Positions 52,897-64,000 of a stretch of 64,000 nucleotides of DNA are shown here, piece by piece; positions within the stretch are counted from its first letter, which is position 1; the number at the start of each line of letters is the position of its first letter. A program made the translations under genes and the position numbers. This stretch comes from Octopus vulgaris (taxonomy: Eukaryota): NCBI GenBank assembly GCA_951406725.2, contig OX597818.1, forward strand, positions 31,372,001-31,436,000, read 5' to 3'. Under the pieces are notes generated by a model that made no database searches, was not told where the DNA came from, and saw only the letters and a program-made list of their open reading frames with translations.

Positions 52897-53265
52897 GTGG
52901 AGGCGCAATGGCCCAGTGGTTAGGGCAGCGGACTCGCGGTCGGAGGATCGCGGTTTCGATTCCCAGACCTGGCGTTGTGTGTGTTTATTGAGCGAAAACA
53001 AAGCTCCACGAGGTTCCGGCAGGGGAGGTGGTGGCAATCCATGTTGTACTCTTTCGCTCCAACTTTCTCTCACTCTTTCTTTCTGTTTCTTGTCCCCGAC
53101 TTCCTACGCAACTGCTGAGCCTGGATGCGCATTCATCCATCCGTCGATGCTCTCGGTGTCGGGGGTTGACCTGCTTTCTCTTCTGCGGGTCTTACGAATA
53201 ACAAAGGACCACGTTTCGGACTTCTCCCATCTTGCGAGCTCTGGGACAAAGACCGTTCGCTCAAC
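52897..53265 (+). mobile_element. SINE family C, tail type 4, with 13-bp TSD
   Basis: Family C head; TSD agcagcaacaaca at 52884-52896 and 53266-53278. Confidence 0.9.
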
Positions 53266-53309
53266 AGCAGCAACAACAATAGCAACAACAGCAACAACAT
53301 AAGAGTAGT

Positions 53310-54340
53310 AATCTCACTGAGAGTATGTCGTCCCTGAAACTTAAAACAGAAGTGGTGAACAACTACATCACAATCATAAAATATTATTGCTTGACCATCT
53401 TTGCTGCTCCTATTTTCACATGACCAATTTAGAATATCAACTCTTTCCTTTTTTGTCAAAGTGTGGGTTTCACTTGGACAGGCATTTTGTCTGCTATCAA
53501 CACATTCGGCAAAGCGAGCTCACTATGCAACAGCAGGCATACATTGAGACTGCGGCATATGAAGAGTTTATGCAGGTGTAACTGCCATTTATATATCATG
53601 CTGGTATCAGAGCTGGTATCTGCAGTGGTGAGGCAGTCCTTTGTCGGCTGTAGAATAATATCAGTCATCTGGCATCGGGAAATGAGATCAGTGAAATGGT
53701 CACACGAGAATTCTATGATGGAATTATTTATGGTTGTTATGAGCGATGACGTTTTAGGATGACTTTGGGCAAAGAAATTCATTCTGCAAAACGTTTGGCC
53801 CAAAAACTGGCCTGACAGAGAACCAAGGTGGGAGAGGGTAGAATTACTAGAATCTCAACAATCATAGATGTACCGGATTTGTTTGAGACCTGTTCAAAAG
53901 TAATCTTTACACACTCGTTCATTGTTCGGAAATTAATGACCCATGTTGCTATGCCGAATGGCTTTAATGCTGTATGGTGGACCCAGCTCTCGATCGAGTC
54001 GCTCTTAAATATATGCTTGCCTTTGGCAAAGACGAGGAGACACAGTCCAGTGGCTATGTCATAAGAGATTTTACGGTAGATGCTCTTCAAAATATTGGGA
54101 ACAGAACTCTATACCTCCAACCACGCTGAATATATCTTTTTTCGATCCCTTCTGTGAAAGAAGGGAGCTGTCAAATTCTATGAACTGTGGGTGTTGCTCA
54201 CAAATTCTTACCTACAAAAAAAAAGCAGCATTTAAACTTTGCCGTGTTTTTTCGAGAGAGCGAGTCCCCGGAGCGAAAAGTGGTCGTGGTTTTCGGGTAC
54301 CTTCTTTGTCTGTAGAAGCAGCTCCATCGTCTCGCGGGTA
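53310..54340 (-). mobile_element. Possible degenerate 5' part of an APE-type LINE (ORF1-like region plus endonuclease start)
   Basis: Consecutive non-repetitive minus-strand frames; ALKPFG...ILPS resembles L1/Tx1 ORF1 RRM, SLNV...VDIL resembles the APE N-terminus; weak similarity only. Confidence 0.3.
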
Positions 54341-55532
54341 ACTTTATTGTTTTAACATTTTAAATCTATTTTTCATACCGAATTACATTTTCGATCGTCC
54401 CTCGTTCAATGTATATTGCCTTAAAATGTTTAGAGTTCTCTCGCTACAATATCGCTTCACTTGTGAAAATGGATTCAGGTATATGATAAAAATCAATTAT
54501 GGTTGTGATGCTTCACATAAACATCAGGAATAATTATGCCTGTTATTCCACATATATAAACATGAGTAAAATTAAGTGGAGTCAGCAAAAGAGTAAGTAA
54601 TTCCTTTACAGAATAAAATAAAATAAAAAAAAAATTGATGAAATATCTATTTCAATAGGAAAAGACTGAGAATTCTCTATAATTTAAAAACATCAACTCT
54701 TAACATAAAATATGTGGTTTAGGGCGTAGCTAGAAGAGTAAATGAGCATCTGTATTGCAATTCCTTTAAACATCAAGAAGTTACTGATTCTAAGATTGCA
54801 GTGTTAACATAAAGAGACATTAAAGGCTCTGAATAGAGTAGTTGAGAATGTGCGCATGGTGGTCTTGGATGAAAATCTTATAACTACGCAAGCATTTATT
54901 TTGTCCTAATATTTTTAGAAGAGAGCTTTCGAGATAGTGTGGTGTTCATATTTAATCTAACAAATAAAGGCATGATAATTGAAGTGAAATTGTTTCAAAT
55001 GAGAATTGAACCCGTGTCTGCAATTTCATTTCACCAGGAATTTATGTGTTGTTCTACGGCACTTACAGTTTTTTAAAGTACGTATATGAAGCGATGTAGA
55101 AACTGAGCGGCGAGGTTATTACATAATAAGAAATGCTAAAAAAAAAAAGGAATGTTTTTATAGGTTTATTTAATTAAATATCCATCCATTTTAAAATCTG
55201 AGGAAAAGTTCAACGGAACTATAAAAAAATAAAGCTTAGATAGTGTTGAGGTATGTAATACACGCCTGTGTTTCGTTTTTATTATTTTTAATTAATTTTT
55301 TTTTTTTTACGAAAGTAAACGATAGTCGATTTCGAAATGAACAAATAAAGAAAAAAGTTTTAATTCTAAGTTTCTTTTTACTTTTGATGTAATGTATCTA
55401 AAGCTTTGTAGAATCTTCAGTCGTGTTAATAATATTAAGAAGAAAAAAAACTGGACAAGATTTGGTAAGTATTTACTGTATAAATATTTTTTCTGCATGT
55501 ACAGCTATTTGTATTCATGTATATATATATAT

Positions 55533-55830
55533 GTTTGACTGAAGATGACTGCCTAGTTGCAAACCCTCGATATTGAAAGCAGCTGTAGTTGGTATGAATG
55601 GAATGGTGTTAGATACAAAGAGCATTTCACAGAGAACTGCAACTCTATTTTTTTGTTATATAGTCCACATGAAGAAACTTTTAAAAACCTTGATTTAGGA
55701 TATTCCTCTTATCTACAAATGCCACACACACATAGAAACATCAAAATCAAAGAATTGTTGTTTATGTCGTACCAGATTATCGACAATCCATCCAAGACCA
55801 ACCTTCAATATTTTATAGATCTCTTATCCA
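55533..55830 (+). mobile_element. Possible Penelope-like remnant (decayed hammerhead plus GIY-YIG C-terminal-like peptide)
   Basis: CTGAAGA...GAAAGC-AGCT-GTA next to (TA)n, followed by RYKEH....NSIF...H...F...RNIKIKELL. Confidence 0.35.
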
Positions 55831-55969
55831 ACATGTCATTCATTTTTTTTTTAAACAGAAGAATGTGTTCTAAAGATTTGTTTCCTATTTCTAACAGTTT
55901 TAGAGACGGCATAAAGGTTTCTTCATCGGTTCGAAATTGAGTCGTATCATATTCCATGTAAGAAACCAG

Positions 55970-56170
55970 TAAATTGGTAGAATAGTTAAACCGTCAGGCA
56001 AAATGCTTTCCGGTATTTATTTCGGTTCTTTGCCTTCAGTGTTCAAATCCCACGGAGGTAATTTTTGCTTATCTTTCTACGGTCCATAAAATAGTCAAGT
56101 AATGGGGATAGATTTAATTTGCTAGCCTCCTTTACCTTATGTTTGTGACCTTGTGTTTGTTAAAAATCAT
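55970..56170 (+). mobile_element. Degenerate SINE family B
   Basis: aattggtagaatagttaaaccgtcaggcaaaatgc...gttcaaatcccacggagg. Confidence 0.55.
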
Positions 56171-56377
56171 TATAACAGGGGTAGATTTTTTCTCAGCAAA
56201 AAAAACATTTTTTTAGCCTGAAATCAAAAAGTATCTTAAGTGACTAATCCTTAGGCATATCTGTGAACTAATTAATTTATGATTTTTTAATATAATTTAT
56301 TATAATTTATGCAGACAACTTTTCGCATGCCACCCTTGGAATTGGAAGATAACATATTACGAAAAATATACAATGCA

Positions 56378-56820
56378 GTAAGGAGTTTGCTTCTTAGTCA
56401 TGTGGTTCCAGTTTCAATACCACTGCGTGACACCTTGGGCAAGTATCTTTTACTACAACTTCGGGCCGACTATAGGAATGAATTTTGCAGACAGAAACTG
56501 AAAGAAGCTCATTATATGTGTTTGTGTGTGTGTGTATGTATGTTGTATGTATGTATGTATGTATGTATGTATGTATGTATGTATGTATGTGTGTGTCATT
56601 GTGTCTGCGTTTGTCCCCCATTGTCACTTGACAACTGGTGTTGGTTTGTTTACGTCCCAGTAATTTGGCGGCTCGGCAAAAGAGAGCGGTAGAATAAGTA
56701 CCAGGCTTAAAAGAATTAAGTATTGGGGTCGATTCGTTCGACCAAAAGTCCTGAAGACGGTGCCTCAGCATGACCGCAGTCCAATGACCAAAGCATGTAA
56801 AATAAGACGGAAAATAAGAG
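56378..56820 (+). mobile_element. SINE family A
   Basis: caccttgggcaag, internal (TATG)n, ggtaga/ataagtaccaggc tail region. Confidence 0.85.
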
Positions 56821-57224
56821 TATCCATTTAGCAAAAATGATGCAAATAACAAATGTGGGTTTTCATGTTTGTGTGTTTTGATAAGGCAACAGCGATTCTT
56901 AAAATAAAAGTTTAACTATGTATCCACGGAATGAAAGTATTACGACTAAAAGTTCTAGAAGGCGGTACCCCAGCTTGGCCGCAGTCTAATGGCTGAAACA
57001 GACAAAAGATAAACGATAAAAGATAAATCTAATAGGGATAGTTGGGTCAATAAAAAGTCTTTATCTTCGTATATTAGAAGACAACATTCGTAAAAGGGTT
57101 CATCATTCCCCAGGGAAATAACTGCTGTGTCGCATATACGATTCGTCAGTTGTAACACACCTCAATCACTATATTGACAGGTATATGCCAATAATAGTAA
57201 GAGCAGAATAACTCACATTTTGAG

Positions 57225-57397
57225 CAATGTCACACTGCTCGCCTTTGTTTTGGCCACTTCCAGCCCATACATGAATCTCAGCACGCTGTTTACTCCTCTC
57301 TGGATCGCGCATTCTTCATCCACGTGATCCCAATCGCCCTCCTGAAATCGTAACTCCACCGTCGTGGAGGCCTTCCGAGTGGTCGTTTCCGCTCGCG
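57225..57397 (-). mobile_element. RTE-clade LINE 3' end
   Basis: Minus strand RERKRPLGRPPRRWSYDFRRAIGITWMKNARSREE* matches the RTE C-terminal KR.GRP..RW.D...W...A..R pattern. Confidence 0.8.
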
Positions 57398-57509
57398 TGT
57401 TTATTTATATATTCATTTAATTAAAGACTCATTTATTTATATAATTATTTATATTATATAACTGTCTATATATTATATAATTTATACACCCAGTTTGAAT
57501 ATCTTTTTT

Positions 57510-57706
57510 CTTTTAGCTTTTACTTGTTTCATTAATTGGACTACAGCCATGTTGGAGCTCTGTCTAAATGGTTTAGTCGAACAGATTGACTCCAGTATTT
57601 ATTTTTATGTCAGATACTTATGCTATCGCTCTATTCTCCGAACCGCTAAGTTACAGAGACGTAAACAAACCAACACCGCTTGTGATGCAGTGTTAGGGGG
57701 CAGACA
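57510..57706 (-). mobile_element. SINE family A 3' half
   Basis: ttttacttgtttca...gccatgttggagc...gaaccgctaagttac. Confidence 0.75.
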
Positions 57707-57723
57707 TGAAGTGTGTATGTATA

Positions 57724-57872
57724 TAGGGGGAGAATTCACAAAAAATAAAGACGAGGACAAGTGGTGTAGACAAGAAACAGATGTATTAGTATAACACTCG
57801 GGAAGTGAAAAAGTCTTTAACATTTCGAGCCTACGCTCTTCAACAGAAAGGAACGCAAAAGGAAACAAGGAA
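57724..57872 (-). mobile_element. Penelope-like pseudo-LTR fragment with variant hammerhead (57815-57850)
   Basis: Minus strand CTTT-CTGTTGA-A-GAGC-GTAG-GCTC-GAAATGTT/AAAG; homologous to 9174-9346. Confidence 0.6.
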
Positions 57873-58654
57873 TCCGTTTACTATTAACTTTCGGAAGAAG
57901 GAGTGCTCAACAACATAGTGGAGATTAATATGTGTGTGAGTATGCGTCTGTGTCTGTGCGCGCGTGCACGTGTGTGTGTATTCAAATCTATACGTATATG
58001 TTTGTGTGTGTGTATGTTTAATGTATTTTGTGACTATAAAACATTGCCCTCGAATGCGTATGCGAGTGCTGTGTGTGTGTATGTGTGTGTGAATATGTAA
58101 ATTATGTTTCCACATGTAGCTTTAAACAAATATTTTAAAAACCTAACCTTTTTAAGCGACATAACAAGTGAACACGTGAGTTCCTACTCCGACAAATAAC
58201 TTCATCCGCACAGCCCAGCCCCATCCCAAAGAAAAACAACAACAACAACAACAAACAGAAAAACAGGATCAAGTGATCATATTAATGGTAAAACTTTCGT
58301 TATTAGTATGAATATTTTATTACAGAGCAGTCAAGATAATAAATGACTGAGCATTAGAATAATATTCCCACGTTCTTCATAGAAAGATAGAAACGAGAAA
58401 CGTAGAAGAAAGAGAGAGAAGCAAATGGAGAGCGTAGAAGGCCAGAGAGTGAGAAAAAGAGAGATGGAGAAGGAGAGAGAGAGAGAGAGCAAGTGAGCGA
58501 AAGACAGAAAGCTATATATATATATATATATATATCGTTTCATGAGAGCTTCAAATACACACGTACACACCCACACCCACACCCACCCACACACAAACAC
58601 ATATGTGTATGTATATATTTATCTATCTATCTATACATTTAATTATCTAATATC

Positions 58655-60345
<1,691 letters not shown>

Positions 60346-60929
60346 TAGACAAACCTATTAAACAAGTATGCTTGTGTATATGATTATGTAAATGTGTAGC
60401 TGTTTTTGGTTACAATTTGTCAACAGACCAGTTCTTGAGAAACGGTAAAATCATTGCGCTGAGCAAGCCATGACGGACTGTAAAAAACATTGAGATTTCA
60501 ACTATTTTTGTTGTCTTTTTTATGCATGTAATTTAGGACAACTAAATTGTTATGCATCTGTCTATTGAACGATCCCTGCTGTTTCATTGCTCTTCGTGAC
60601 GGTAATGGTAGTTGTTTATGTGGGGGCGGCGGTGGTGGTATTAGTAGTAGTGGCAGCAGTGGTGGCGGCGATAGCGATGTTACTAGTGGTGGTAATTGTA
60701 ATAGACGTGTTAATGTTGTAGAAGTATAGGCAGCAGTAGTTATACTGATATGTTTGTGGTAGTAGTACTGCTTATAGATATGTAGTTTATAGTTTCTGTG
60801 ACTGTGGCGTGGTGCTATGGTGAAAGGGGTGACGATGGTGGCGTGATGGTCATGATAGAGTCAGAGGTATGGTTGTTCTTTTCGTTGTTTTCCATCTTCA
60901 GATTATCTCTGATTATTCAGTAGAGATAT

Positions 60930-61174
60930 ACTCTTTTACTGTTTTACTTGTTTCAGTCATTTGACTGTGGCCATGCTGGAGCACCGCCTTTTAGTCGAGC
61001 AAATCGACCCCAGGACTTATTCTTTGCAAGCCTAGTACTTATTCTATCGGGCTCTTTTGTCGAACCGCTAAGTTACGGGGACGTAAGCACACCAGCATCG
61101 GTTGTCAAGTGATGTTGGGGGGGACAAACACAGAGACACAAACACACACACACACATACATACACACACACACG

Positions 61175-61247
<73 letters not shown>

Positions 61248-61671
61248 CGATCGTGAGGTTGTGAGCTCGAATCCCGATATATATATACTCAGCTGTAGAA
61301 ATATTGCGACGTCACAGGTGCCAAGCTATCGGCCTTGCCTTTCCTTGACAACATCGGTGACGTGGAGGGAGGCCGGTATGCATGGGCGACTGCTGGTCTT
61401 CCATTAAAACAACCTTGCCCAGACTTGTGCCAGAGGGTAACCTCTAGGTGCAAACCCATGGTCAGTGTCTGACCGAAGGGGTCACCACCACCATATATAT
61501 ATACATAAATACGACAGGCTTCTTTCAGTTTCCGTCTACCAAATCCACTCACAAGGCTTTGGTCGGCCAGAGGCTATAGTAGAAGACACTTGCCCAAGGT
61601 GCCGCGCAGTGGCACTGAACCCGGAACCGTGTGGTTGGTAAGCAAGCTACTTACCACACAGCCACTCCTAT
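60930..61671 (-). mobile_element. SINE family A split by a nested element
   Basis: 3' half at 60930-61140 and 5' half at 61510-61671, separated by (CA)(TA)n and an insert. Confidence 0.9.
61245..61493 (+). mobile_element. Nested SINE-like element of a further family
   Basis: Partial tRNA-like head (cgatcgtgaggttgtgagctcgaatccc), GC-richer body, (CAC)n tail, flanked by (TA)n. Confidence 0.6.
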
Positions 61672-62062
61672 GATAAAAGTACATTATCTTCACCTAGCGA
61701 ATCGTTCATCATATCAACTGCCTCAGGGACGGCCTCATCGTCGATCAGAAGTACAATGGAGTAAGTCTCAGAGCTGTTTTATATAAATCATGGAAAACCA
61801 GTGTACAGAAATACACGGATGAAAACAAACTAGAAGATTTCTATTATGAGCTCAAAACTGCGTCTGACACTTTAAATCGAGCATTTATCACGTAACGTTT
61901 TTTTTTTTCTGATTGCCAAATAATGATCAAAGATGAGGTCACTTTCTGTCTCTACTAAATCTACTAAATCAACGCAGTCCTTCCGAATTGTATTAACACA
62001 AAACTAACAGCCTAACAACATTTCATTAATATTCATAATGACCCAAAACTAAATGAAATCTA

Positions 62063-62230
62063 CGTGGGGTGCTGAAAAGTTCCTGGCTTTGGGTAAAAGA
62101 AAATACAAGATTTAATTATAATTTTAGTCAACATATTCCCCTCTCAGATTCACAAACTTATTGCCGTGGGCCTTCAGTTTAAAAGAATTTTGAAGTTTGA
62201 GCGATACCCCTAAAGCCAGGAACTTATGTA
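62063..62230. mobile_element. Mariner-derived MITE, degenerate
   Basis: TA then cgtggggtgctgaaaagttcctggcttt; 14-bp inverted match aaagccaggaactt at 62212-62225; outer right TIR decayed. Confidence 0.55.
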
Positions 62231-62242
62231 ACAATTCAATCC

Positions 62243-62636
62243 TTACTCTTTAGCTTGCTTCAGTCATTTGACTGCGGCCATGCTGAAGCACCGCTTTTAG
62301 TCGAGCAAATCGACCCCAGGACTTATTCTTTGTAAGCCTAGTACTTATTCTATCGGTCTCTTTTGCCGAGCTGCTAAGTTACGGGGACGTAAACACATCA
62401 GCATCGGTTGTCAAGCGATGTTGGGGGGACAAACACAGACACACAAACACACACATACACATATATACATATACATATATACGACGGGCTTCTTTCAGTT
62501 TCCGTCAACCAAATCCACTCACAAGGCTTTGGTCGGTCCGAGGCTATAGTAGAAGACATTTGCCCAAGGTGCCACGCAGTAGGACTGAACCTGGAACCAT
62601 GTGGTTGGTAAGAGCAAGCTACTTACCACGCAGCCA
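62243..62636 (-). mobile_element. SINE family A, full length
   Basis: Colinear with the other family A copies. Confidence 0.92.
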
Positions 62637-62764
62637 ATCTATGTTCAAAGTATAAGCTTAGTAACCAGATTTCATGAAAAATCACTATAATTTGGAAGAG
62701 CTTTACATTGGAAACCGAACACATTAATATCGATATTGTGTATGTGAAAAAATAAAAAAGAAAG

Positions 62765-63090
62765 GTAATTGATCTCTCTTTGGAAATCGTGGAGAAATCT
62801 CTGGTATGAAGTTGGAAAAATATCACCCAACAGATTACGTATTTTATACTTCTTGGACGCTATGTTGTGAGGGCTCTCCCAGAATTTCTGTATATTTTTT
62901 GAGTAAATCGAGGGAAAAAATCTATCGAGGTTGTATTCACTTTCTGTATTTTCTTCAAGAAATGTACAGAAAAACAGTAAGGTATGTACTTTGTTTTGTA
63001 GATCTTACCAAAATCTTTGATACAGAATATAGAAATATTTTTTGTAGCGTTTTAGGCAGAAATGGTTGACCTCTCAATTCTACTGTTACA
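62765..63090 (+). mobile_element. Degenerate RTE-type RT fragment
   Basis: LQEMY....LCFVDLTKIFDT..R....VLGRNG matches the RT motif FVDLTKAFD. Confidence 0.7.
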
Positions 63091-63257
63091 CCAAGTAATG
63101 CGCTTTGTCAATCCAGCTGATGGTATTCGAAATCATTGTTACCCAATACAGCAGTCTCTTAAATCCCAGTCATATAGGATTTCTTAGGTGTCATTGAAGA
63201 TTCATTCCATTACCTCGTTTATCCGATGTTTAGCAACCAAGAAGCAACATCAAACAT

Positions 63258-63348
<91 letters not shown>

Positions 63349-63412
63349 AACACACACACACAAATACAAACACGAGCGCGCGCTTAGAGGGAATTGAATC
63401 TTAAACAGTGCT

Positions 63413-63698
63413 GTATTCAACTAATGGCGACATCTGTGGATATCGAAAAACATTATAGAAATAAAAAAAATAAGCATATTTAAGAAAGACCATTTTTGTA
63501 TTCAACTATTGCTGACGTCAGTGGATTACAAAACAATAAAAGAATTAAACATATGAATTCTATATTATGACAATTAGAAACATGGAAAAATATAATTTAA
63601 AAAGGCTATTTTCGTATTCAATGATTGGCGACGTCACTGGATAACTAAGGAATAAAAAGTAAACGTAAGAATTCTGCGTTGTGATAATTAGAAACACA
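63413..63698. repeat. Diverged tandem repeat, three units (about 85-116 bp)
   Basis: gtattcaa.(t/g)a.tg..gac.tc..tggat recurs at 63413, 63498 and 63614. Confidence 0.7.
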
Positions 63699-64000
63699 AA
63701 GATTTTTACGTGACAACAATTAGTTATCTATTTTTTAAATGTAGTAAGGCTTTTAGACAAATTAACCTCAATATAAATAACATGAAAAGCTATCATATTT
63801 AAGAACTGAAATATCTGAATATCTTTCGATATTTATGGCAAGATCTTATTCTAAAGCTCACATTAAAATTCCATAAGATTCATTCTTCAAGGCAAAAGCC
63901 ATATGTAGAATTACCAAAATTGTACGATGTAGCTCTAGGTAGGTATTTCCTAACTTTAAGAGAATATGGATAATTATTTAATTGCCATAGTAATAAGCTT

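Overview
AT-rich eukaryotic DNA with very dense microsatellites, not prokaryotic. The repeat landscape resembles an octopus (coleoid cephalopod) intronic or intergenic region; this is inference from the SINE families and SSR density. No host protein-coding gene could be supported, and nearly all ORFs in the supplied track are microsatellite or SINE translations. DNA elements: one full-length mariner with a cryptically disabled transposase, one internally deleted mariner, MITEs, a maT/DD37D-like fragment and non-autonomous Helitrons. Retroelements: about 40 tRNA-derived SINE copies from at least three families, plus degenerate RTE, R4/Dong, CR1-group and possibly L1/Tx1 LINE fragments. The most notable signal is about 12 type I hammerhead-ribozyme (HHR) motifs, ranging from intact to decayed, of the kind carried by Penelope-like retroelement pseudo-LTRs. 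Six cluster at 21.4-24.5 kb. They include two direct-repeat copies 2120 nt apart with a long stem II insertion, and a perfect fold-back with 67-bp arms that encodes an HHR on each strand. Boundaries are approximate unless a TIR or TSD is quoted.
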